64,000 bases of DNA from Patescibacteria group bacterium (GTDB lineage: Bacteria; Patescibacteriota; Patescibacteriia; Patescibacteriales; BM507), in assembly GCA_027858235.1 (NCBI GenBank), contig JAQIDC010000028.1, forward strand, positions 11,184 to 75,183, written 5' to 3'. A program made the position numbers and the translations under genes. Below, piece by piece: positions 49,476 through 58,977 of the stretch. The notes beneath the pieces are model-generated. The model searched no databases. It saw only the letters and a list, made by a program, of their open reading frames with translations, and was not told the DNA's origin. The stretch's first letter is position 1, and each line of letters begins with the position of its first letter.

Positions 49476-50120
49476 TTAGTTATTTAAATTAACTCTCCCT
49501 TGCCATTTTCCACCCATTCTTCCTTCTCTATCCATTCCACCTCTCTCAAGGCCCAATTCTTCGTGAATAATATTAGCTTCTTCAAAATTTCCATCTTTGA
49601 TCAGAGTGTGAGCTTCAATTAGCTTTTGAAAGTCTGCTTCATTCTCAATCACTTCTGACATCCTGGTGTCACCAACAGCTTCTTTCCAGGCATCATAATC
49701 AGCTGATTCGATAGCCTCGATTCCAACATTATGGGAACCGTTTCTTCCTTCATCTCCTTCCCTCATCCCATGAGAGCCCATCATACCGCCCATTCTTTCT
49801 CCACCTCTCTCAGGAAGGCCCAGCTCCTCTCTCATTAATTTAGCAGCCTCAACATCACCTGATTGGATTAAATTGTGCATCTGACTAAATTGATCAAAAT
49901 TTTCTTCTGTAATAATATCTGTGATTCTTACTTTTGAATCTTCAATGTTTTTCCAAGACTCATAATCACCTTCTTCAACTGCCTGTTTCATGGCATCGCG
50001 CTGAACTTGATCTAAGCCGAATCCTCCGAAACTAGCACCTGCATAAGCTGTTACTCCGAATGTTGCGATAATGGCTGATAGGGCGATAATATTTTTTAAT
50101 GATTTTTTACTTTTTTCCAT
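49476..50120 (-). CDS. Secreted or anchored protein with two ~55-aa tandem repeats and a Met/His/Gly-rich linker
   Basis: The repeats are DYESWKNIEDSKV...REELGLPERGG and DYDAWKEAVGDTR...HEELGLERGG. The linker is MGGMMGSHGMREGDEGRNGSHN. Confidence 0.55.
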   Translation of the reverse strand: MEKSKKSLKNIIALSAIIATFGVTAYAGASFGGFGLDQVQRDAMKQAVEEGDYESWKNIEDSKVRITDIITEENFDQFSQMHNLIQSGDVEAAKLMREELGLPERGGERMGGMMGSHGMREGDEGRNGSHNVGIEAIESADYDAWKEAVGDTRMSEVIENEADFQKLIEAHTLIKDGNFEEANIIHEELGLERGGMDREGRMGGKWQGRVNLNN

Positions 50121-50251
50121 AAGTTTATAATTATATTACTTATTATTTTTCAATGCTAGCTTGTCCGGGCCCGAACATTAAGTAATACGCAATAAATAAT
50201 ATTTTTTTTCAAATTAAAATACCTTATTTTATGAGTTATTTTAATATTTAT

Positions 50252-51175
50252 TTATTCTAAATCAAAGCTATCAAAGTCTTCCCTAAGTTCAGGCATTTCT
50301 TTTAATAGCTGATCAATCTCATTTTTATTTCTTCTCATGTGGTCTTCGAACATTCCTTTCATTTCTGGATTTTCTTCTAAAAGAAAAGGTATTCTTTTCA
50401 TTCTTTCCCTTAATACATCTGGATTTTCCTCAAAAGCCCTTCTCATTTCTTGCATGTTTCTATCAGCTGATCCTCTTCCCGGCCCCATTGGCTTAATATG
50501 GTCTGCTTTAAAACTATCTTGACCAATCATCTTCCCTAAAATATTTATTTGCATATCTTCCTTTACTCCAAAAATTGGGTGGACTAATGTCTCTTCATAG
50601 AATACAATCCATTCAGTATTATCTATATCTCTTAGAAAAAACTCTGATTCAGAATTAACTGAAATAATTTTTCCAGACAATAGTCCTTTTTCAGGATTAT
50701 TCCATCTTTTCATATTTGGATTTATAAATTGTCTATAAAATGGGGCCTGTCTACCCAGAACATCATCTATTGCCTGACCCATTCCAAGATTATAAAATAA
50801 CCCTCCCAAAAGAAAACTGACAAAGATACTTCCAACCACAACCACGGGCAAACGATAACGATACCCTTTGTTTGTGTGCTTTATGTAGTAATCAGCGATA
50901 AAAACAAATAGCCCTAAAAATACTAACCAAAAATATGGAAGTGTTAAGAAAATAAATTGCAAAAAACTATCACTTACATACGAATATTCTCCCCAGCCAT
51001 TATGACGCATCATATAAATAACGACTGACAAGGCTAAACCTCCAACAAGCAAAGAAATAATCCCGGCTCCCCAAACGACATAATTACGCAAAAGGAAAGT
51101 CCATTTAGCTTTTCGCTCAATTTTTTTCTCTTTTATTTTGGCGAGCACTCGCTCGCTTAAAGTTTTTTCGTCCAT
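50252..51175 (-). CDS. Membrane protein, candidate anti-sigma factor
   Basis: 307 aa with a short cytoplasmic N-terminus, TM helices and a C-terminal soluble domain. It lies 4 nt downstream of the ECF sigma gene. Confidence 0.45.
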   Translation of the reverse strand: MDEKTLSERVLAKIKEKKIERKAKWTFLLRNYVVWGAGIISLLVGGLALSVVIYMMRHNGWGEYSYVSDSFLQFIFLTLPYFWLVFLGLFVFIADYYIKHTNKGYRYRLPVVVVGSIFVSFLLGGLFYNLGMGQAIDDVLGRQAPFYRQFINPNMKRWNNPEKGLLSGKIISVNSESEFFLRDIDNTEWIVFYEETLVHPIFGVKEDMQINILGKMIGQDSFKADHIKPMGPGRGSADRNMQEMRRAFEENPDVLRERMKRIPFLLEENPEMKGMFEDHMRRNKNEIDQLLKEMPELREDFDSFDLE

Positions 51176-51179
51176 ATAT

Positions 51180-51761
51180 TTAAAATTTTATTTCTTGTTT
51201 CTCAATTTCCTCTGCCATTTTCTTTTTTGCCCTATTTATTAATGTTGCAACTGTACCCATCGGCTTTTTTATAATATCTGATATTTCCTTATAATCGCGT
51301 TCTTCAAGAAACTTTAGAATAAGCACCTCTCTATATTTTTGATCAATGTTGTTTAAAATTTCTGAAAGTTTTTCTTTATTAATTTTGGCATCCACCTCAC
51401 TGCTGATATCTAGTTCTGATGATATATTATTAAGCTCATCTTCTGTTATTTCGAGAATTGATCCTTCTGGTCTTGATTTATATTTTCTAAATTTTGAAAT
51501 AACATGATTATGGGTAATCCTATATATCCAAGACGAGAATTTCAAAGATTTATCAAAATCATTAATATTTTGATAGACCTTAATAAAAACTTCTTGTAAA
51601 ACATCTTCTACCTCTTCTAAACTGAAATTAGAGATTCTTCTAATGTATCGCATTAGTGGAGTCTCATATTTTTTCATAATACACAAAAAATAGCTCTGGT
51701 TTTCAGCCGTCAAAAGAGCTAATTCCTCATCTGATTTTTCCAAACAATCTTGTTCGTTCAT
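51180..51761 (-). CDS. ECF-type sigma-70 family sigma factor
   Basis: Region 2 and region 4 motifs (YREVLILKFLEERDYKEISDIIKKPMGTV). Confidence 0.8.
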   Translation of the reverse strand: MNEQDCLEKSDEELALLTAENQSYFLCIMKKYETPLMRYIRRISNFSLEEVEDVLQEVFIKVYQNINDFDKSLKFSSWIYRITHNHVISKFRKYKSRPEGSILEITEDELNNISSELDISSEVDAKINKEKLSEILNNIDQKYREVLILKFLEERDYKEISDIIKKPMGTVATLINRAKKKMAEEIEKQEIKF

Positions 51762-51813
51762 ATGCCTGTATTATACACTATGTAATACGCAAAAAAAGAA
51801 AATTTCTTTCATT

Positions 51814-52452
51814 CTAGCTATTTCTGTGATTTATCAAAAATTTTTCCCTAATTTTTTTGTAAAATTTAAATAATATTAATACTATAAACACAATAGCAAT
51901 TGATTGAAAAACAATTGGTATTTTTGAAAAGTAGGCAAAAAACAAAACAAAAGGAATTAAACCGATGACCGTAGCGAGTAGATATGTTTGAATACTCATT
52001 TTTGAGAACAATCCAAGAGCATAGCTGAGTACATCAACAGGCAAAATAAAACGAAGAAAGACCACAGTCCAGAATATATTCTTTTTTGGCAACATTTCCT
52101 CCCAGCTTTCAATTTTTTGAATGTCAACAAACTTCCCTACTATTTTTTTCCCATATCTTCTGGATAAATAAAAAACTAAAAATGAACCAGCTGTCCACCC
52201 AAGCATTGTAAGTATTGCCGCCTGAATTGGGCCCCAAAGAACCACTGCGAAAGGAAGAAGAGGAAGAGTTGAAATTGGCGCCACTAAAACTGCAAGGAGA
52301 GTAATTACTATATAGATAATCTTACCATACCAATTTTCCAAGATTTCTACCTCAGCTATTGTCTCATAAAAATCCCTGGCCAAAAAAGATGCTAAAACAA
52401 ACAAGAATACTATCAATGTGAATACTAAAATTTCTTTTACTTTTCTGTTCAT
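51814..52452 (-). CDS. TVP38/TMEM64 (DedA-related) membrane protein
   Basis: 212 aa with this family's topology. Confidence 0.6.
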   Translation of the reverse strand: MNRKVKEILVFTLIVFLFVLASFLARDFYETIAEVEILENWYGKIIYIVITLLAVLVAPISTLPLLPFAVVLWGPIQAAILTMLGWTAGSFLVFYLSRRYGKKIVGKFVDIQKIESWEEMLPKKNIFWTVVFLRFILPVDVLSYALGLFSKMSIQTYLLATVIGLIPFVLFFAYFSKIPIVFQSIAIVFIVLILFKFYKKIREKFLINHRNS

Positions 52453-52803
52453 ATTAGCATTATATTTAACGTAGATTAGTATTATATTAATAATAATTCA
52501 ATTTGCCTATTTCTCCAATAAAAAACGCCCCACCATCGGCGCTATTCAAGAATTGGTCTGTATATAATAATGAGAACTGACAAAATCAGATATGCAAGAA
52601 TTTTTGTTATATATGTAAACATATTAAACAAAAAATAAGCAATTTACCCCTTTATTCTATTCTCTTGCCCACGGGCAGGAGAAACACGAATAACCAATAA
52701 TAAAGTTTTGATCCAAAACTTGAGTAGCCAGGTGAAGCATTTTCAGATAAGAAGACTTTTCTTCTTATATTTGTATTATATCACAAATAAGATTAAAGAT
52801 AAA

Positions 52804-54123
52804 TTATATTTTATTGCCCGGTATTTCCTTGCTTTTAATGATATTTCTATAAATAATATACGAAAAGAGAGTTAGATAGTAAAAAACGAAATAATAATTT
52901 GATATATCTTTTAATTCAAAACTAGAAAATGGGATATTTAAAAAGAAGTCGACCGTAAGTAATATATAACTTATTAAAAATTTAACTGGTAAAAATAAAT
53001 AAAATCCCTGAACAGGAAAAATTAGTGACAAGATAAAAGCACTTACGACTCCGACTAGTATAAAAGGAAGGGTCCAGACTACAAAAAGGTTAACCAATGG
53101 AGAGACAAGAGACAAAACACCAAAGTTTTTGATAATTAGAGGTAGGATAAAGATTTGAGCTGAAATCGAAACTATAATTATATCTCTTGAGTATTTTAAA
53201 AATTTATTATTGACTGCCTTGAAATTGGAGCTAATTATTGGATAGAAATATACTATCCCAAGAAGAGCTGAAAAGGAAAAAATAAAACCCAAATCATAAC
53301 GAATGAGCATTGGGTTTATTAAAACTAACATACTTGCGGCGAGGACTATTGAGTTATATATTTTATTTAATCTCCCAATCTTGAAAGCATACAGTATCAA
53401 AATTCCCATAAAACTTGCTCTCAAGGCTGAAGCGGGGAAACCAATTAAAATATTATAAAAAACCAGAAAAGATATTATTAAATAAAAAGAAATATTTCTG
53501 CTAAATCCAAAAAAGAAAAACAAAAGTCCAAGCCCTATAATAAAAACTCCTATATGCATCCCAGAAATTGCAATAATATGGCTTAAGCCAGCTTTTGAAA
53601 ATTTAAGTTGGATTTCATCGCTTAGAAACTTTTTATCTCCCAAAATCATTGCATTCACTATTTGGGAGCTTGGTTCTCCTAGATTTTGATTTATAGATTT
53701 TTTAAAATTGTTCTTTATTTTGTAAATTTGCGAAAGAATTTTTATGCCATTATTATTAGATAATGTTTCAATTTTAGGATAATAGCAAACTGAGAATATA
53801 TTTTTCATTGCTAAATACTTGTCATAAGAAAAATCTTCAATCGGTTCTGGTGTATTTAATTTACAATCTAGGGTCAATTTGTCACCATAAGAAAGCTTGG
53901 GGTACATATCTGCAAAAACAAGTAAATTCCCAAAATATCTTTTCTTCCCCGTCTTATCGACCTCTAAAACAAACTGCTGATTTTTTTGAGAAATTTCTGG
54001 ATTATTTTTTATCATTCCCTCAACTGCTTGCTTTGTTCCATTTAAGCTGGCAATTTCATTCTTGCTCGAGCTGTGAATTGAAAAACTATATCGCCAAACA
54101 CCTAGAAATAAAAAAAGAATCAT
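52804..54123 (-). CDS. comEC: ComEC/Rec2-family DNA-uptake channel (competence domain only)
   Basis: SKAGLSHIIAISGMHIGVF motif and polytopic C-terminus. An in-frame stop-free stretch upstream of the first ATG (to ~54333) also encodes TM-like sequence. Confidence 0.7.
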   Translation of the reverse strand: MILFLFLGVWRYSFSIHSSSKNEIASLNGTKQAVEGMIKNNPEISQKNQQFVLEVDKTGKKRYFGNLLVFADMYPKLSYGDKLTLDCKLNTPEPIEDFSYDKYLAMKNIFSVCYYPKIETLSNNNGIKILSQIYKIKNNFKKSINQNLGEPSSQIVNAMILGDKKFLSDEIQLKFSKAGLSHIIAISGMHIGVFIIGLGLLFFFFGFSRNISFYLIISFLVFYNILIGFPASALRASFMGILILYAFKIGRLNKIYNSIVLAASMLVLINPMLIRYDLGFIFSFSALLGIVYFYPIISSNFKAVNNKFLKYSRDIIIVSISAQIFILPLIIKNFGVLSLVSPLVNLFVVWTLPFILVGVVSAFILSLIFPVQGFYLFLPVKFLISYILLTVDFFLNIPFSSFELKDISNYYFVFYYLTLFSYIIYRNIIKSKEIPGNKI

Positions 54124-54313
54124 AAACAGGATGATTCGTAATGTTTTCTTCTCCCAAAAGAATATTAAGAATAGAAAAGATATAATAAAAAAAGAGAAAA
54201 AAATAATATCTTTTCCTCTTAAAAAATTATCAAAAAAACTAGATATAAATATAGTAGATAGAAAAACAATTTGAAAAATTATAAATTGTTTTGATTTAGA
54301 TAAAATTATATTT

Positions 54314-55420
54314 TTATTTTTTATTTCTATCTTTCAAATCTCTCAAATAGGCTTCCATAAAATTCTCCAAATCTCCATCTAGAACTTTTTCTATATGTTG
54401 TGTTTCTTCGTTTGTTCTATGGTCTTTGACCATTTTATAGGGCTGCATGACATATGACCTGATTTGCTTTCCCCATTCAGCTTTTTTGATATCTCCCTTC
54501 AATTCTGATTCTTCTTCAGCTCTTTCTTCAACTTTCCTTTGTAATAATCTCGCCTGCAAAACCTTCATCGCTTTTTCTTTGTTTTGATGTTGAGACCTTT
54601 CACTTTGACAAATTACGGTAATGTTTGTTGGCAGATGGACTATTCTGACTGCTGAATCTGTAGTGTTTACACTTTGCCCCCCTGGACCAGAAGACCGGAA
54701 AACGTCAATTCTTAATTCGCTATCTTTAATATCTAACTCTTCTTCTGGGGGAAGTTCTGGCAAAACCTCTACAAGAGCAAACGAAGTATGCCTACTCGCA
54801 TCGCCATCAAAAGGAGATATCCTCACTAAACGATGAACACCGGCCTCACCTTTCAAATAAGCGAATGCCCAGCGCCCCGTGATATGAATTGAAGAGTTCT
54901 TAATCCCGGCTTCATTCCCCACGTTTCTATCAATTATTTCAGCCTTCCAGCCCATTTTCTCTGCAAAGCGAAGATACATACGCTCTATAATTTGCGCCCA
55001 GTCCTGAGCATCAACTCCACCGGTTCCGGCGTGAATTGAAATAATGGCAGAATTTTTATCAAATTTTCCTGAGAATAAAACAAAAAATTCAAGCTTTTTA
55101 TATCGCTTTGTCAATTCATCAAAGTTCTTTCTAACTTCAGTATCCATCGAATTGTCCTCCTCTTTGCCTGCTACAGCCACCAATTCCTCAAGTTCTCTTG
55201 TCTCGTTCAGTAGGGCTCTCCAAACTAAATTTTCACTATCAAGATCTTCTAATTTCTTTGAAACAATAACAGCATTCTCTTGGTTGTTCCAAAAATCAGG
55301 CTTACTAACCTCTATTTTTAAGTGTGTCACTTCTGATTCTTGCCTCTCAATATCAAGTAACTTAAAAGTATTTAGGATTTCTTCGCGCAAATCTTCAATT
55401 TTTTTAAGTAAATTTTCCAT
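54314..55420 (-). CDS. prfB: Peptide chain release factor 2 (SPF and GGQ motifs), one continuous ORF with no +1 frameshift site
   Basis: RISPFDGDASRHTSFA and SGPGGQSVNTTDSAVR. Confidence 0.9.
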   Translation of the reverse strand: MENLLKKIEDLREEILNTFKLLDIERQESEVTHLKIEVSKPDFWNNQENAVIVSKKLEDLDSENLVWRALLNETRELEELVAVAGKEEDNSMDTEVRKNFDELTKRYKKLEFFVLFSGKFDKNSAIISIHAGTGGVDAQDWAQIIERMYLRFAEKMGWKAEIIDRNVGNEAGIKNSSIHITGRWAFAYLKGEAGVHRLVRISPFDGDASRHTSFALVEVLPELPPEEELDIKDSELRIDVFRSSGPGGQSVNTTDSAVRIVHLPTNITVICQSERSQHQNKEKAMKVLQARLLQRKVEERAEEESELKGDIKKAEWGKQIRSYVMQPYKMVKDHRTNEETQHIEKVLDGDLENFMEAYLRDLKDRNKK

Positions 55421-55434
55421 ATTAGTCTATATAT

Positions 55435-55458
55435 ATGTCTATACTTGTGTATAGACAT
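55435..55458. promoter_or_regulatory. 24-nt perfect palindrome ATGTCTATAC-TTGT-GTATAGACAT 15 nt upstream of the prfB start
   Basis: Read directly. Confidence 0.4.
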
Positions 55459-55561
55459 TCATTTGAGATTACTTTTATTGCCTTCTTTCTCATATAAGGA
55501 AAGAAAGTATTTTATCAATACTTTCTTAATCTTAAGATATTTTATCCAAACTGTCCATTTC

Positions 55562-55876
55562 TTATTTTATAAACTTCAGCAAATCAGGAGAAAGACTTTC
55601 AATATTTGGAACATTGTTTACGCCTGAACTCACATTAAGAATTGTTTTATACTGATCTAAAACCTGGCCAAGAAGCGGTGGTAGATAAATAATACTTAGG
55701 ATGATTGGAATAATAATTATAAACAGCTTGAAAAAACTAAAAATTCTTGACCAAAAAATATATTTTTTAACATAAATCGCAATCTCATGAATATCTTCTG
55801 ACAATTTAATATTTTTTTTTATCAAATCTTTAAGTTCGTCATCTTTTTGATTATCTAATTGCACACTGTTTAACAT
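55562..55876 (-). CDS. Hypothetical small membrane protein
   Basis: Weak. It overlaps the nrdG 3' end, and the start was chosen at an internal Met. Confidence 0.25.
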   Translation of the reverse strand: MLNSVQLDNQKDDELKDLIKKNIKLSEDIHEIAIYVKKYIFWSRIFSFFKLFIIIIPIILSIIYLPPLLGQVLDQYKTILNVSSGVNNVPNIESLSPDLLKFIK

Positions 55877-56594
55877 AGATTTTTGCAATTTGAAACATCT
55901 CTTCCATTTCCTTGTCGGTAAAAGAAGAGGCGCCTTCAAATGTGTCGTTTACTAATTTAGTATCTGATTTAAAGGGCTGTAAGAACCATTTTTCGGCTCC
56001 TTTTATCATTTCGCCCATTAATTTTACTTCTTTTTTATTGTGAAGTTCAGGAACCAAAGTTGTTCTAAGCTCATATGGAAGTCCTGATTTCATTATAATT
56101 TTTATACTTTTTTTTAATTTTCCCATATCAGGGTCTACTCCGGTAACTAAATCGTAGTTTTTCTCTGAAGCTTTTATGTCCATGGCAATATAGTCAATCA
56201 ACTTGTCTTCTATTAATGAAGCCATCATTTCTGGATTAGTTCCATTGGAATCTAGTTTAACTTTAAACTTTAATTTTTTAATTTTTTTAATAAAATCTGG
56301 CAAATCTTTATGGAGCGTTGGTTCTCCGCCAGTAACTACAACAGCATCAAGCTTACCAACTCTTTCTTTTAAGAAATCAAAAAGATCATCTTCATTCAAG
56401 GGATGATCTCTCTGATCTCCCTCAAGGGGAGATTTGTGGTCATATTTTGACTCACTAGCACTATTATCAGGCCAGACAAGCATAGGGTTGTAACAAAATT
56501 GGCATCTATAATTACATCCTTGGGTAAAAACTATACAAGAAAGGTGTTCTGGATAGTCTATTAAACTGAATTTTTCTAATCCGCCAATTATCAT
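55851..56594 (-). CDS. nrdG: Anaerobic ribonucleotide reductase activating protein (radical SAM)
   Basis: CNYRCQFC (the CxxxCxxC radical SAM motif). Confidence 0.85.
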   Translation of the reverse strand: MIIGGLEKFSLIDYPEHLSCIVFTQGCNYRCQFCYNPMLVWPDNSASESKYDHKSPLEGDQRDHPLNEDDLFDFLKERVGKLDAVVVTGGEPTLHKDLPDFIKKIKKLKFKVKLDSNGTNPEMMASLIEDKLIDYIAMDIKASEKNYDLVTGVDPDMGKLKKSIKIIMKSGLPYELRTTLVPELHNKKEVKLMGEMIKGAEKWFLQPFKSDTKLVNDTFEGASSFTDKEMEEMFQIAKIYVKQCAIR

Positions 56595-56619
56595 TTTTTG
56601 TTTTTGTTTCTTATCTTAA

Positions 56620-56766
56620 TTAACAAGATTTTTCGTTCATCTTGTATTCTTTTCTATCAACATATTCCGCTTGTTTCCCTTTATTCCAATTATTTGTTGG
56701 CGTAATCCAACCTACTACTCTTGAGTAAACTGTGCATTCTTGTCTTTGAGTTTGTTTAGGGGACAT
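56620..56766 (-). CDS. nrdD: 48-aa ORF encoding the NrdD glycyl-radical loop region, separated from the nrdD body
   Basis: Manual translation gives MSPKQTQRQECTVYSRVVGWITPTNNWNKGKQAEYVDRKEYKMNEKSC, resembling the class III RNR C-terminus (RVCGY...NKGK..E..R..H). It lies 80 nt downstream of the nrdD stop in a different frame. Confidence 0.5.
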   Translation of the reverse strand: MSPKQTQRQECTVYSRVVGWITPTNNWNKGKQAEYVDRKEYKMNEKSC

Positions 56767-56845
56767 ATTTTTGTTTTTTTGTTGAGAAATTTATTTTAAA
56801 TTAACTCAACAAAGCTCCTTATTTTATTATTATATAAATACTAAA

Positions 56846-58930
56846 TTATTTTGCTTTTCTAGCTGCTACTTTAGTCTTGACTGCATCTTCAACCTCAATG
56901 CTATAACCATTCTCTTGATCACACTTTGGACAATATTTATGCTCTCCTGAGAGATAGCCGTGTACCGGACAAATTGAAAAAGTTGGTGTTATGGTAAAAT
57001 ATGGCAACTTGTGACTTTCTGCAATTTTTTTAACTAATTTTTTAACAGACTCTGGATTATCAATTTTCTCTCCAATGAACCCGTGTAATACTGTTCCTCC
57101 TGTATACTTGGTTTGTAAGTCATCTTGCAACTCCAGTGCTTCAAAGATATCATCTGTATAACCTACTGGCAAGTGACTTGAATTCGTATAGTAGGGATTA
57201 GCATTGTCATTATTAAAAGCTTCTTCGTTGGCTACTATTATATCTTTGAATGTTTCCTTGTCTTTCTTGGCAAATCTGTAGGTTGCGCCCTCAGCCGGTG
57301 AGGCTTCTAGATTGTAGAGATTATTGGTTTCATTTTGATAATCCATTAAAGTATCTCTCATAAAATCTAGCACCTCTAAAGCAAACTCTTTTCCTTCCTT
57401 GGTGGTTATGTTTTTTCCAAGAAAATTAATTAAAGATTCATTCATTCCATTTATTCCAATTGTATTGAAATGATTCTGCCAATAGGTATTAAATCTTTTT
57501 TTAATATCAGCGAGATAAAATTTTGAATACGGATACAAACCATCGTCTGTAAATCTTTCAATAATTTTTCTTTTTATTTCAAGGCTTTCCTTGGCTAAAT
57601 CCATCAATCTTAACAGATTTTTTTTGTATTCTTTTTTATCTTTAGATATATATCCAATTCTTGCTAAGTTTATGGTTACAACACCAAGACTCCCGGTTAG
57701 AGGGTTCGCTCCAAATAAACCTCCTCCTCTTTTTCTTAATACTCTATTATCGAGCCTTAGTCTACAGCACATTGAACGGGCGTCGTCTCTATCCATATCA
57801 GAATTAATAAAATTTGAGAAATATGGAATACCATATTTTGCTGTCATCTCCCAAACTGGTTTTAACTCTTTTTTATCCCAATCAAAATTTTTATCAATAT
57901 TGTATGTTGGTATTGGGAAGGCAAACACTTTTCCAGTAGCGTCTCCTGCTATCATCACCTCAGCATATGCTTGATTGAACATATCCATCTCTTTTTGGAA
58001 ATCACTATAAGTTTCTTTCATTACCTCTCCTCCAATTATTACGTGTTCTTTCCCTGTTTGCTTTGATGGAGTAACATCGAGCGTAACATTTGTGAAAGGT
58101 GTTTGGAACCCGACTCTGGTTGGTACATTGATGTTAAACATGAATTCCTGCAAAGCCTGTTTCGTATCTTTATATGATAATTTATCGTATCTAATAAATG
58201 GAGCAAGGTATGTATCAAAATTAGCAAATGCCTGTGCTCCAGCTGCCTCTCCTTGCAATGTATACAAGAAATTAATAACTTGTCCAAGGGCTGATCTAAA
58301 ATGTTTTGGTGGTTTACTCTGAACCTTCTCTCCAACTCCTCCGAACCCTTTTGTTAAAATATCTTTCAAATCCCATCCGCAACAATATGGAGCAAGCATT
58401 CCTAGGTCATGAATATGGAACTCCCCGTCAACATGAGCATTTCTAATTTCTGCAGGGTACAGTTTATTCAACCAATATTTAGCAGAAATTGCTGAAGCTA
58501 AATAATTGTTAAGTCCTTGAACTGAGAAACTCATATTGGAATTTTCTTTCAATCTCCAGTCGGATCTTCCAAGATAATCCTCCATCAACTTCGCTTCAGC
58601 CTGCTCATTGTTTATATCCCTCAACTGTCTGTGTTGATCTCTGTAGAGAATATAGGCTTTAGCTATTTTAATTTTCTTCTTTTTTATTAAAACCTCTTCC
58701 ACCACATCCTGAATCTCTTCAACTGCTGGAATACTTCTCTCATGGAATCTTCTTATAACTTCTTTTAAAACATCTTCTGACAATTTTTTGGCAAGCTTCT
58801 TGTCAGCTTCTCCAATTGCTTCTGTTGACTTATAAATAGCTCTTTCAATCTTAGATTGATCAAACTTAACAATTTTACCCGATCTTTTAATAATTTGCTT
58901 GATCGGCTTTGCGGCGGTATTTTTTGGCAT
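56846..58930 (-). CDS. nrdD: Anaerobic ribonucleoside-triphosphate reductase (class III) large body: ATP cone, catalytic barrel and Zn ribbon
   Basis: 694 aa ending after the CPVHGY...CPKC zinc ribbon with no glycyl-radical motif in this ORF. Confidence 0.85.
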   Translation of the reverse strand: MPKNTAAKPIKQIIKRSGKIVKFDQSKIERAIYKSTEAIGEADKKLAKKLSEDVLKEVIRRFHERSIPAVEEIQDVVEEVLIKKKKIKIAKAYILYRDQHRQLRDINNEQAEAKLMEDYLGRSDWRLKENSNMSFSVQGLNNYLASAISAKYWLNKLYPAEIRNAHVDGEFHIHDLGMLAPYCCGWDLKDILTKGFGGVGEKVQSKPPKHFRSALGQVINFLYTLQGEAAGAQAFANFDTYLAPFIRYDKLSYKDTKQALQEFMFNINVPTRVGFQTPFTNVTLDVTPSKQTGKEHVIIGGEVMKETYSDFQKEMDMFNQAYAEVMIAGDATGKVFAFPIPTYNIDKNFDWDKKELKPVWEMTAKYGIPYFSNFINSDMDRDDARSMCCRLRLDNRVLRKRGGGLFGANPLTGSLGVVTINLARIGYISKDKKEYKKNLLRLMDLAKESLEIKRKIIERFTDDGLYPYSKFYLADIKKRFNTYWQNHFNTIGINGMNESLINFLGKNITTKEGKEFALEVLDFMRDTLMDYQNETNNLYNLEASPAEGATYRFAKKDKETFKDIIVANEEAFNNDNANPYYTNSSHLPVGYTDDIFEALELQDDLQTKYTGGTVLHGFIGEKIDNPESVKKLVKKIAESHKLPYFTITPTFSICPVHGYLSGEHKYCPKCDQENGYSIEVEDAVKTKVAARKAK

Positions 58931-58977
58931 GGGGGTTTTTAATTAAAGAATTATTGGGGACTCAATCTAACAACTCT

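Noticed and set aside
54314-55420. Programmed +1 frameshift in prfB
   Set aside because: The ORF is continuous from the first Met for 368 aa, and there is no in-frame early UGA preceded by an SD-like element.
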